Shown here: piece after piece, positions 1 to 11,340 of the stretch
How the letters are laid out: every line of letters begins with the position of its first letter
Numbering within the stretch: position 1 is the first letter of the stretch
Assembly (NCBI GenBank): GCA_046562895.1
Contig: CM102171.1
Coordinates: 24,215,509 to 24,279,508 of the forward strand
Direction of reading: 5' to 3'
Length of the DNA stretch: 64,000 nt
DNA from: Trichechus inunguis
Lineage: Eukaryota
The notes under the pieces: generated by a model
The model's input: only the letters and a program-made list of their open reading frames with translations
Database searches by the model: none
Told to the model about the DNA's origin: nothing
Translations under genes and position numbers: made by a program

Positions 1-59
1 AGCAACATGTACTGAGTGGAGGTAGGGCCAAAGACCTACATCTGGCAGGACAATGAGAG
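1..59 (+). pseudogene. MVP: MVP exon fragment (window-truncated), ...[19 protein letters not shown], with in-frame TGA at 13-15
   Basis: Matches human [21 protein letters not shown] with the Arg codon replaced by TGA. Donor AG|gttagt is at 60. Confidence 0.6.
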
Positions 60-300
60 GTTAGTGTGGAGTGGGTTATGTGTGGAGCCCTTGGGGCTAT
101 AGAGGGCCCATTAGGCTGGCTGTCATGGTCACAGTCCGCAGTCCCTTTCTTCCTTCTTTTAGGCAGGAGTGGCCCTCCATCAGGTGATGGGGGAATTCCT
201 GGGGGAATAGGTGGGCAGATTTCTCTCCCATTCACTGCCTCCTTTGGGAGTTGGCGGAGGCCCTGCCTTGGTCTTCACCCCTCTTCTTACCCTCCAGTAG

Positions 301-495
301 GGTACTGTTTGCCCCCGTGCCGTGGTGACTGTCCCCCCACACCACTACTGCACAGTGGCCAATCCTGTGTCCCGGGATGCCCAGGGTTCAGTGCTGTTTG
401 ACGTCACAGGACAAGTACAGCTTTGCCTTGCTGACCTGGAGATCCAGCTGGCCCAGGACCCCTTCCCCTTATACCCAGGGGAGATGCTGGAAAAT
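301..495 (+). pseudogene. MVP: MVP exon homolog (human aa ~43-108) with a 1-bp deletion leading to TGA at 326-328
   Basis: Acceptor ccagtag|G, then RVLFAP, then a frameshift; the other frame reads [58 protein letters not shown]|gt. The exon is 195 nt against an expected 196. Confidence 0.65.
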
Positions 496-2861
496 GTACC
501 TGGCTGCCTCCTCTATGCCCACTCTTCCTGTCCTGCCACCCTGTCCTAGGGCACCACACTACCTTCTGAGGGAAAAACAACCTGGGATAGTGGGAGGAGC
601 TGCGAAGGGACAGGTGCTTACTCTCAGCAGCATGGAATTGACTTATCCCCCCTTCACCATCCTCCCTCAATCACCCCCTCCTCCTCACATGCCCACAACA
701 GATGACCCCTCCTTTGTGAACTGTTGGCCTATCTCATCACCTAGTCTACCAGGCTCAGAGGCTGCTGGAAGCTCCCAGCCAGTTCTGGCACTAAATGACT
801 TGTGCATTTCATTCACACAAAGAGTGCCAGACAGTGTTGGGCAGTGACAAAGCAAAAATGGACAAGTGAAGATCCAGGCTCAGATGGCCTGTTCCAAGGG
901 AAGGCATCAGAGGCCTGAATTCCACCAATGCCTTGTCCGTGCTGCCCTAAGGCCCTGGGCCAGGAGCAGGGGGACATCCCACCCCCATTTCCTTAACTGT
1001 TCCTGCCCCATTACCTTCTTACCATTTTATGCTTTTTCACTCTGGATTCCTCTGCTAACTTGTGGTGGTTATTGATCCTGGGTACATGATAGCATGACCT
1101 GGGGAACTTTCTAAAGCATTGCTGCCCACTTAGATGCAAACAGCTTGAGGGGAATAGTGTGTATGGAGAAGTAATGATGAAGAATGTGATTAAAATGTTA
1201 CCCCTTGGAGAATCTGGGTTGGAAGGGTATATAGGAATTCTTTGTACTATTCTTGCAACTTTTCTGTAAATTTGAAACTGTACAAATTAAAAGTTAAACA
1301 ATAAATTCATGTCCTGGCCCTACCCCATACCAATTAAGTCAATCTCTGGGTAGAGGTGGGGCTAGTTTACACATCAATATTTAAAAGCTTCCCTGGACTG
1401 AGAGTAAAAGCTTTCCTTATCCTTGCCTTGTTTTAGCCTCTGCCGCCTCAAGGATTTGGGCTTCCCCAGCAGCACCTGCCTGTGGTGGCAGCTCATTCTC
1501 TCAAGCCCCAGGTGCTCTAGACCAGGAGGGCAAAGCTTTTCCCTCCTCGGAGCCCAATGCCACTAGACGTTCTTTTTTCACCATTTAGTCAACACTCCTC
1601 CTTCAAGGCATTCACCTCTGGCAGCACCATCGCTTCCTTTCTCACCATCACTGGCTCCGTGGGCCCCTGGCTCAGACCTCCCGGCCACCCCTATCCATCC
1701 TTCTCTCCTGCTAGAACCCTCACTAATATCCTTGCAGATGGCCTTGCCAACAGCTTGGCCTTATTGACCTCAACTCTGAGGACTTTCACAAGTTCTGTTC
1801 TGCTTCAGCCCCTGCCCAACTCCGTGTCCACTTTGGACTGGGTTATTCTCCCACCTGCCCCAACTCTGAGATCTGAACTCCATCCTCTTCCTTCCCACCA
1901 GTTCCCCTCCTTCCTTATCGCTCCTCTGTTGTCTTCTCACCCATCTCTGGATTCTCTTCCTGGTCTTTTTTTAGCTATTCCAACAGGACCTTATCACTTC
2001 CACACTTCTCACAAATTCTATTCCTGTACACTTGACCCTCTGGGACAAAACTGATCCTGGATCAGTGTCACATGCCATCTATCCTTTCCATTATCACACT
2101 CAGGAGGAAGGTTTCTGTTAGAAAAGCTTAGCCATGTGGACAGATGCCACCATGATGACAGTATTATAAATAGCTTATGGATTAAGGGGTTCCTTCCGAT
2201 CTAAGCCCTGTTCACCAGTTCTCTTCCTTTCTAGCCACCTTTCTTCTCATTGTTCTCTGTATACTTCTAAATATTTACAGCTGTCAACTCTCTTCCTATT
2301 TTCTACACCCTCACTTTTGAAGAACTTGGTTACTTACTTAGTTAAAAATTGAGGCCATCAGGCAATATCTGGGTTTGTGTCCCCTCATCTCCCTGCTACC
2401 TGTTGGAGGAGGAGGAGGAGGTTCCCTTCCATCCAGGTGGACCGAGGCTTCTGACCTATCCCACCTATTATGGATTAAACTGTGTCCACCCAAATAATGT
2501 ATGTCAACTTGGCTAGTCCATGATTCCCAGTATTGTGTGATTGTCCGTCATTTTGTCATCTGATGTGATTTTCCTATGTGTTGTAAATCCTACCTCTATG
2601 ATGATAATGAGGTAAGATTAGTGGACGTTATGTTAATAAGGCAGGACTCAATCTACAAGATAGGTTGTGTCTTAAGTCAATCTCTTTTGAGATATAAAAC
2701 ACAGAAGTGAGCAGAACCTCATACCACCAAGAAAGCAGCTCTGGGAATGGAGCACATCCTTTGGACCCAGGGTTCCTGCACCTGAGAAGCTCCTAGACCA
2801 GGGAAAGATTGATGACAAGGACCTTCCTCCAGAGCTGAAAGAGAGAGAAAGCCTTCCCCTG

Positions 2862-3920
2862 GAGCTGGTGCCCTGAATTTGGACTTCTAGCCTCCTACAC
2901 TGTGAGAGAATAAATTTTTCTTTGTTAAACCATCCACTTGTGGTATTTCTGTTATAGCAGCACTAGATAACTAAGACAGAATTTGGTATCAGGAATGGTG
3001 CTGCTCTAACAGATACCTAAAATGTGGAGGCAGCTTTGAAACTGTGAATGGATAGAGGCTGGAAGAATTTTAAAATGCCTAACAGTAAAAGCCTAGACTG
3101 CCCTGAAGAGAGTGTTGGTAGAATTATGGACATCAAAGACAATTCTGGTGAGGGCTCAGAATGAAGTGAGGAGAGCCATTACACTGGGGACAGTACAAAT
3201 GGTGAGAAGCAGCAGCAGAGAAGCAGCGGCAGCAGAACCAGGAGACAAGTGCAAGATGGCACTGGAGCCAACCCATGGAGCAAGAGAGCTGAGTGCCTTT
3301 GGCAGGAGGCTTCCTGGCATGCCTCTAGGCACTTGTTGGTGGAGCTAGGCTTGCCAACCAACAGAGCGAGAGAGCTGAGTGTCTTCCAGCCAAAGTTTAC
3401 TGGTGGAATGGGGTGCTTCCAAGCACTTATTGGTGGAGCTAAAGAGCTTTGAACACTTGACCCTGCAGGGCAGATGCAGGCAGTCCGGCCCAAGGGGCCT
3501 AGAGGCCAAGGAACCAGGAAGCAGAAGCTGAAGAAACAAAGAACACAGGAAGCAGAGCTGCCTCAGTCTCAAAGGGTAGGGCCACGACCTCTGGGGTCTC
3601 AAACGATGGAGTCACCACTCAAATGGACTAGGAGAATGTGGCCACCCAAATTAAAGGGACCAGAGTTGCCGGTTCCAGTAGAAAATTTGTATTCTCAATT
3701 TCACAGATAAAGAGGAATTTTTAAATTTTGGATTTGGAGTTGATTTAAGAATTTTGCTATGATATGATGGGATGAATGTGTTTTAAATGTGGCAGGGACA
3801 CACGTTGTCTTAGTCATCTAGTGCTGCTATAACAGAAATACCACAAGTGGCTTTAACAAACAGAGATTTATTTTCTCACAGTTTAGGAGGCTAGAAGTCC
3901 GAATTCAGGGTGCAGGATCT
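2862..3920. mobile_element. Non-autonomous DNA transposon (MITE-like) with ~100-bp terminal inverted repeats and an internal ~100-bp tandem duplication
   Basis: The segment 2871-2978 is the near-perfect reverse complement of 3806-3910 (ccctgaattTggacttctagcctcctacactgtgag...ccacttgtggtatttctgttatagcagcactagat). Internally, units at about 3290-3380 and 3380-3470 repeat (gagagctgagtg...ttggtggagcta). Confidence 0.6.
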
Positions 3921-4234
3921 AAGGGAAGGCTTTCTTTCTCTGTCAGTTCTGGGGAAATGTCTTTGTCTCTTCAGCTTCTCTTTCCAGATTACTTGGATAT
4001 CTCCATGTGGTTTAGCATCTACCTTCCCCCATCTTTGGTTGCTTAATCTGCTCCTTTTATATTTTGTAAGAGATTGACTCACACACACCCTATGCTAATC
4101 CTGCCTCATTAACATAACAGAGACAACCAGTTCCCAACTGGGATTATAACCACAGGCATAGAGTTTAGGATTTATGACATATATTTTTGGGGGACACAAT
4201 TCAATCCATAACACTTGGTTTTCTCTTCTGCAGG

Positions 4235-4450
4235 ACAAAGGACAGTACCTACCTCAAAGGGTTGTTGTGAAGATTAAATAATACATGTTCACAGCATTCT
4301 CAAGGTACTTGGCACATAGAAAGCTCAGTATAAGTATGAGCAACAAGCTGTTTGAGGGTAGGAGGTGATCTGTCTGGTTTACCACTCTGTCTTCACTGAG
4401 CTTTGGTTTCCTTATCTGTGAACTACATGAGGCTATCATGTCTCTTATAG
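4235..4450 (+). repeat. MIR SINE fragments; the 4258-4306 core is an inverted near-identical duplicate of 5948-6020
   Basis: MIR 3' region (gggttgttgtgaagattaaataatacatgttcacagcattctcaaggt) and a MIR core (ctgagctttggtttccttatctgtgaactacatgagg). Confidence 0.55.
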
Positions 4451-4560
4451 ATTGTTGTGCATATTAATAAATACTGGTGAAGTATACCCAGTCAGCTCCT
4501 GGCACTAAGTGGGTGGGTACTCAGTAAACCTTCCCCTCCCACGGCCTCGCTTCCACTCAC

Positions 4561-4687
4561 CGTCTCAATGGCCAAAGCCTCCAGTTTCAGCTTGGCCTGC
4601 AGGACGAAGTCTTCTCCCTCAATTCGTGCCGCCTCTGCGCGGGACTCAGCCTCTGCCTTGGCTGTCCCGGTGCTCTCCACAGCCGTG
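4561..4687 (-). pseudogene. MVP: MVP internal exon ([42 protein letters not shown]), intact but inverted
   Basis: Minus-strand translation matches human [42 protein letters not shown]. Acceptor is ctag|C, donor ACG|gtgagt, length 127 nt as expected. Confidence 0.7.
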
Positions 4688-4858
4688 CTAGAGAAGGAGG
4701 CAGCCTGGTCAGGCAGGACCCAGGAGGAAGCCCTGTCCTCCTCCCTGGCCTTGATTTAGGCTGTAGTAGCTTTCACCTGCCCCCTTCTCCCTGAGTAGCT
4801 GCTTTTCCGAGACCCTCGGTACCCTACCAACCTCTTCCTCCTCTAGTTCTCAGTGTAC

Positions 4859-4975
4859 CTCAGAGCCTCCAGCTCCAAGAGTTCCCTGCGAGCTCTTTCA
4901 GCTTCTGATTGGTCCAAGATCTTCTGCCTCTCAAGCCGGCCTCGGGCTTCTTGCTCTAGTCTCTGAGCTTCGTGC
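4859..4975 (-). pseudogene. MVP: MVP internal exon ([39 protein letters not shown]), intact but in inverted orientation relative to the rest of the locus
   Basis: Minus-strand translation matches the human MVP coiled-coil region. Splice sites are canonical (ccag|G ... AG|gtacac) and the length is 117 nt, as expected. Confidence 0.7.
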
Positions 4976-5935
4976 CTGGACAGGAGAGGGGACAGGTAGG
5001 ATGCTGGCAGGGGGCCAGATCTGGCACGTGAGCTCTAATGAAGGGACCACCAACCTATCTGTTACCCAGGACAGAACCCCCGCCCATGAAAGGCCCTCAG
5101 GGTGCAAACAAGGGAGCAGTGTGGCTGTTCCCTGTCAGCCAGGTGCATTCTAGGCCCTGGGGGAACACAGCATGATTGATGCCCTGCTGTCACACAACTT
5201 ACCTTCCAGTGGGGGCAAGAATAAACAAAGATAATGTCAGACAGTGGGAAGTACCTTGAAGGTAGTAGAATGGGTGCTGTGAGAGCACATCTGGGCAAAG
5301 GGCACTGCTTCCCTTGGGGCAGAAAGAAAAAGGCTCTCCAAGGAGGTCATCTTTGGGCTGAGGCTGAAGAAGAAGCCAGCCTTGCAGAGTTCGGATTAGC
5401 ATTCTGGGCAGAGGAAGCAGCCAGTGCAAAAGGCCTTAGGGTGAGAACAAGCTTGCATTCAGGAGCAGAAAGACTGCAGCATGTGAGCGAGGGGAAAAGG
5501 CTGGAAGGCAGGTGGCAGGGCAGCAGGGCTGGACCTCAGAGGGCATGGAAGGTCACAGAAAGGAGCTTGGGTTTTATCATGAGCAATGTGGGAAGTCACA
5601 GGAGCAGGGGTGGTATCTGAATCACACTGAGTCTACTACCTGTTGAGTAGACAAAGGATCCTTGGGGGCCAGGATGGCAGTAGGCAGACCATTAAAGGTG
5701 CCATGCAATCCAGGTCCTGGTGGTGGAATGGTGATGGGGACCCCAGAGTGAAGGCCTGGTCTGCAGTTAATGTCACTGAACTGTACTAGTGAAGACTGTA
5801 GAAATGGCAAATGTTCTGCTACCTATATACTTAACCACAATAAAAACAAACAAAAACCCCATGGAGCACAGTTCCACTCTAACACACGTGGTTACCATGA
5901 GTCAGAGCTGATGCAGGAAAAAAAAAAAATAGAAG

Positions 5936-6200
5936 CTTACTCCTCATACTTATATTGAGCTTATAAGCACCTTGAGAATGCTGTGAACATGTATTATTTA
6001 ATCTTCACTACAACCCTATGAGGTAGGTACTGCCCTTTGCCGTGCAAAAGAGGAAACCCAAACTCACAGGTGAAATGACTTGCCCAAGGTCATACAACTA
6101 CTAAATGGATTTAAATTTGGAAAGTCTGGCTCCAGAGTCTTTGCTGTTGACCAGGGTCCTGTACCATTTCCATGTGCTGCTGGAATGAGCCAAGTCTGAA
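5936..6200 (-). repeat. MIR SINE, near complete; its 3' end shares derived substitutions with the 4258-4306 copy
   Basis: ccctatgaggtaggtactgccctttgccgtgcaaaagaggaaacccaaactcacaggtgaaatgacttgcccaaggtcatacaact matches the MIR consensus in reverse orientation. Confidence 0.55.
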
Positions 6201-6649
6201 TGAAGAGGCAGATGAACTTGAGGAGATAAATGCAGTGAAGGATGTAGGGTATGGTAGCTTATTGATGAAGATGGTCTGAAGTTTTTCTGAGCTGCTGACT
6301 TGAAAGATAAGTGTAAGTAAGAACTGAAAAGTGCTGGAGAATGTTGCCCAAGTTCACACACAGCTGAGAGGGAGTAAGGCTGTCGTGGGAACACCAGCCA
6401 GCCTGTAACCTTGACTTCATCCCTCATGTGAAGCTTGCTCTCCAACTTCCCTGACCCTTCTAGCCACAAAGTTTACCTCTGTCCAATGTTCGTACCCAGC
6501 CTGCAGGCCCAACATGGAATGCCTGCCTTCCCAGTCCTTGAAGGCCTTCCAAGGAGCTTCCAAGAATTCCAGCCCTTTGATCTTTTCCATCTTGGAATTA
6601 TTTCTGTCCTAGACAGTATTGTGTATTTTGGCACTCAGTTTACACACTC

Positions 6650-8450
6650 TGGCATTGTCTTGTCTTAATGTCTATTTTGTCTGATATTGATATAGCCACT
6701 CCTGCTCTCTTTTGGCTACTCTTAGTATGGAATATTTTTTCCATTCTTTCCCCTTCAACCTACCGGTAGGTCTACAGTGAGTCTTTTGTAAACAGCATGT
6801 AGTTGGAACATGTTTCTTTGTCCATTTTGCCTTTCATTGGAGAGCTTAATCTGTTTACATTAAAAGTAATTACCAATAAGGAAGGACTTACTTCTGGTAT
6901 TTTGCTATTTATTTTCTGTGTGTCTTCTACATTTTTCATCTCTAATTTCCTCCAATACTGCCTATTTTTGTGTTTAGTTGATTTACTGTAGTGAACGCTT
7001 TTGATTGTTTTTTCATTTTGTTTTGTGTATATTTTTTAAATATTTTCTTTGCAGTTACCAGGGTAATTACATTTAACATTCTAAATTTATAACAACCTAG
7101 TTTAAATAGAAAACAACTTCAAAAAACATACAAAAACTCTGCTCTTATTCTGTTCCTCCTCCCCTCTTTATGTTGTTGTTGCAAGTTACATCTTTGTATA
7201 TTGTGCCTCCAGTGACATAAATTTATCATTATTTTTATGCATTTGTCTTTTAAATCATGTAAGAAATAACAAGTAGCATTACAATACAAAATTACTAGAA
7301 ATATGACCTTTATACTTATTCATTAAATTACCTTTACTAAAGATCATTTTTTATTTCTTCATACATCTTTGAGTTACTGTCTAGTGTCCTTTCTTTTCAA
7401 TATGAAGTGCTCTCTTTAGCGTTTCTTATAGGGCAGGTCCTGTGGTAACAAACTCCCTCAGCTTTTGTTTATTTGGCAATGTCTTCATATCACCCTTATT
7501 TTTTAAGGACAGTTTTGCCAGATATAGAATTCCTGTCTGATAGTTTTTTTTTCTTTCAGTACTTTAAATATGTCATCCTACTGCCTTCTGCCCTCCAAGA
7601 TTTCTAAGGAGAAACCAGCACTTAATCTTATTGAGAATCCCTTGTTTGTGATGATTTGCTTCTGTCTTGCTAGTTTCAAGATTTTCTCTTTATGTTTGGT
7701 TTTTGAGAGTTTGATAATAATACATCTCACTGTGGCTCTCCTACTTGGAGCCCTATCCTACTTGGAGTTCGTTAAGCTCCTTGAATGTGTAGATTTATGT
7801 CTTTCCTCAGATTTGGGATGATTTTGACCACTTTTCTTCAAATAGTCTTTTTGTTTTTTCTCTCTCCTCCTTCTAGGACTCCAGTAGTGCGTATATTAGT
7901 CAGCTTGATAGCGTCCCACAAGTCCCTTAGGCTGTATTCATTTTTCTTCTTGTTCCTCAGTCTCAATAATCTCAATTGCCTTATCCTCAAGTTCATGAAT
8001 TCTTTCTTCTACCAGTTCAAATCTGCTGGTGAGTTCTTCCAGTGTCATTTTCATTTCTGTTATTATACTTTTAAACTCCAGTATTTCTGTGTGGCTCTTT
8101 TAAAAAAATTCTTATTGAAATTCTAGTTTTCTTCCTGTATCATTTTCCCAATTTCCTCTAGTTCTTTGTTCGTTTTTCTTTAGCTCTTTGAGCATATTTA
8201 GTACTGTTGTTTTAAAGTTTTTATCTAGTAAGAATTATCTGTCCTTCCTCAGGGATGATTTCTGTCACTTTATTGTGGTCTTTTGCATGGGCTAGTCTTT
8301 CTATTTCTTCATATATCTTGTTATTTTTTGTTGAAACCAGGACATTTGATGATTACACGGTGGTAACTCGGAATCAGCTTCTTCCCCTTCCCTAAGTTTG
8401 TTCTTCTTCTTCTATTGTTGTTATTGTTATTTTAATTGTTGAAGGATGTA
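6650..8450 (-). mobile_element. LINE-1 fragment in antisense orientation
   Basis: AT-rich sequence with motifs typical of L1 read in antisense (ttgccagatatagaattcctgtctgatagttttttttctttcagtactttaaatatgtcatcctactgccttctg...). Confidence 0.45.
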
Positions 8451-9514
8451 GTGATCTGCTCCAACACGAGGCCCTCACCTGAAGGCACCAACTGTTGCCA
8501 TTCCAACACCTGGCTCCCTGTCTGGGTGCACCAGTCACTGTAGCTACCCCAAGATGGCTGTGCCAAACTGGGGAGAAGGCGGGACACAGACAGGTGGAGA
8601 ACCAATGCTTTCTTACAGTTTATATGTAACCTTTTCTTCATTCAGCATTTGCTTAGATGCTCTAACTCTTTGACTAATTTCCACAGTTCCGAGACTATTG
8701 ATTCCGTTAATTTCTGCTTGTTATTTCAGATTTTGTTGTGGGGGAATCGGAGCATGCTGCTGCTTACACTGCCATCTTGCTCCACCCTCTGGCATTATCT
8801 TGTTTTCCAAACTCTTAGCTGTCTCCCCTATTTCCCTTTGAGGGTCCAGAGCATGCCTACTTCTTCAGACTCTTAGTTGTCCCCCTAGTAACTTTGAGGG
8901 GCCAGAATGTGTCTACTTCTCTATTCTGATCCATAGAGAATGTGTTTGGATCCTGGTAGAAATTTCAGGTTCCTATTTAAGTGGGGTGGTAGGCCTCTCT
9001 CCAACTCTGGTACTTTGTACTACCAGCTTCTCCCACCATAGCCAGTCCTGACTATTTTCACTATAGTCCCTGAAGCCAGGTAGGATACCAAATAGGTACT
9101 CTAATATAAAGCCCTATTCAAGTACTTTGTATTTTACAAAGTTCTTTGCCTATATAAATTCACCTTTCTTGAAGGTAAGGATTATTACACCTATTTTATA
9201 GAAAAGTACTCAAATATTAGCCAGCTTTATAACAGGTATTGCATATGTTTTACATGTATGATCTTTTTTAATGCTTGAAATCCCCTCAAGGTAAGCATTA
9301 TCTCCATTTTACAGGTAAGGGATCTGAGGCTCAGATTAAGGGGCTTCCCATGCACCAAATAAAAGGTGGCATAGCCAAGATTCATGCCTAACTGACTGCA
9401 GCTTTACAACTCCATCCCCTTCACCTTAGTTCCATTAGGCTTGTGGCTAGAACAACTTGCTGGATAATTCCAAGGGGCCAAAGCTAAAAGAATTCTGAAT
9501 TTTTTCTCTTCCAG

Positions 9515-9693
9515 GCTGAGCTCCAATGAGTACAGAAAGTGCAGGAGCTACAACTAGTCTATGCCCAAGCCCAGATGGAGCTGGAGGTGAGCAAGGCCCA
9601 GCAGCTGGGTGAGTTGGACGTAAAGAAGTTCAAATAGATGACAGAGGCCCCAGGACCATCAGGGACCTTGCTGTGGCTGGGCCAGAGATGCAG
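9515..9693 (+). pseudogene. MVP: MVP penultimate exon homolog with TGA (9527-9529), TAG (9635-9637), an internal frameshift and donor GT>AT
   Basis: Translation is [43 protein letters not shown], then a frame shift into TIRDLAVAGPEMQ. The exon is 179 nt against 189 expected, and the downstream dinucleotide is 'at' instead of 'gt'. Confidence 0.7.
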
Positions 9694-10412
9694 ATGAGAG
9701 TTGGGGAAGGCAGGAGAGGACGGGTATTTGTCTTGGGACCAGACTAGAACAAAGAAGGCAAGGCCAGGGAGGCAAATACATCTTTCTAGATGTCTAGAAA
9801 GTTGTTGAGGCAGAGGGATGAGGTCAGACAGCGACTGAACTGCCCCTGTATCATGTATCATGATTTCTGTATCATTTGAGCACAGTATCATGCTCAAATA
9901 CTGTGCTTCCCTTATGTGCCAGGCACTGTACTAGACCCAGTGGTGAGCTGAAGCTCATGGGGAGCTTCAAACAAATAGGACAGCATCAGTCTGTGACAAG
10001 TGCTTCAAAAGAAGTCAAACAGGGTGGTGAGATGATGAGGGGCTGTCTCTTCAGATTAGTCATTTTAAGTAAAGTCATTCTGAGCACTTGAGCCCTCCAT
10101 GGAGTTGAGAAGAGTTTCCTACCAGAGCGTCCAAGTGAAAAAACACAAAGAGGACAAACTTGGTACATTTAATGAACAGGAAAGACTCTGGCTGCAACAG
10201 AGCAAGCAAAGGTGTGAAATGCTGAGCTGTTGGGGAGGTAGTCCCTCAGGTTTCCCTTGTGCTGTTCATTTTTCACTGACTGATCCTTTGAGGATGGGGT
10301 GGCAGACAGCTACAGTGTCAGGCAAGAGTGGCTGGGGGCCTGTCCTAGAGAGGCAGTCATGGAGATAGGAGACGTGACCCCATCTTCTCACCCTCCTCCT
10401 CCCTCCCTCCAG

Positions 10413-10650
10413 GTAAAACTGCTCCAGAGCCTGGGCCTGAAATCAGCCCTCATCACTGACGGCTCCACTCCCATCAATCTCTTCAACACAGCCTTGGGTC
10501 TACTGGGGGCAGGATCTGAGGTTCAGTCCCCAGCCAGGAAGGTGGCTGGTGGGCCCAGTCCCCAAGAAGGCTTGCTTCTCAAGTGCCCCCCCGCTCTTCC
10601 AGCTGTTAGGAACACCCACATGGTGATGAGGAGTACCCCTGTAACCTTGA
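10413..10650 (+). pseudogene. MVP: MVP terminal exon homolog ([32 protein letters not shown]...); the conserved stop is lost and the ORF runs on to 10715
   Basis: A good acceptor (ctccctccag|GTAAAACTG) is followed by a C-terminal domain homologous to human MVP. No stop falls at the human position. Confidence 0.6.
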
Positions 10651-11134
10651 GACAGTTACTAGGGACTACTCTTGTTTGTAACGTGGAGAGGAAGCTGAGG
10701 CAGGGAGAAGACTAACCTGAAGTCACAGTGATAGGTAGTCAGCTTTCCTGGACCTCGGTTTGGGGAGATAAAGCCACAGGTGGGAGGACAAGGCCTGCCT
10801 GGCTAGCCCAGCCAACCCCTCTGGGATGGCTCCTACACTAGCAACATCTTTTCTCACTGCCAGTTCCTCCTGCTGCCCAGCCTGGCCAGGAAGCCCTCCC
10901 TGGAGGTCTAACCCTCCAGCTGTCAGTCATCCATCCCAGCCTCCCACCCCCCTATCCTTTGGGATGCTTCTTTTGGCGCCACCTACTGGTCAAATCGTGC
11001 ACCTGTAGGGCCTGTCAGTATGTCCCTCCTCAGATCAGGGAGGAGGATCTTGCCCAGGGGCAGTAGGAACTGGAGTAGGTCCCTGAGCTTCTGGTCTGGG
11101 CTCTTTGGAAGCATGGAGGGAGGGAGCTAACATA

Positions 11135-11340
11135 ATCAGTTGTTGTTAGCTGCCGTGGAGTCGACTTCCAACCCATGGTGACCCCATGTACAATGGAACA
11201 AAATTCTGTCCGTGCCATCCACGTAATAGGTGCGGATTGAATTGTTCTGATCCATATGGTTTTTATTGACTGATTTTCAGAAGTAGAATGCCAGGTCTTT
11301 CTTCAGAGTCTAAGTCTAGAAGCTCTGCTGAAAGGGGAAG
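11135..11340 (+). mobile_element. AfroSINE-family SINE
   Basis: tgttgttagctgccgtggagtcgacttccaacccatggtgaccccatgtacaa matches the afrotherian SINE head. Confidence 0.6.

Larger units (their letters stand above)
1..10715 (+). pseudogene. MVP: MVP (major vault protein) locus remnant, disrupted and apparently pseudogenized
   Basis: Six blocks homologous to human MVP exons sit in the expected syntenic position upstream of CDIPT. Two have in-frame stops, two have frameshifts, and one has a destroyed splice donor. Two internal exons are on the opposite strand. Exons encoding roughly human aa 108-700 were not found. Confidence 0.7.

Noticed and set aside
1557-2054. 165-aa plus ORF rich in Pro, Ser and Leu
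   Set aside because: Low-complexity composition, no homology, and no splice-site context. It lies in likely repeat-derived sequence inside the MVP remnant.
10651-10715. Extended MVP C-terminus (ORF continues about 20 codons past the human stop position)
   Set aside because: It is reported within the MVP pseudogene finding rather than as a separate feature. It cannot be distinguished from lineage-specific C-terminal divergence.
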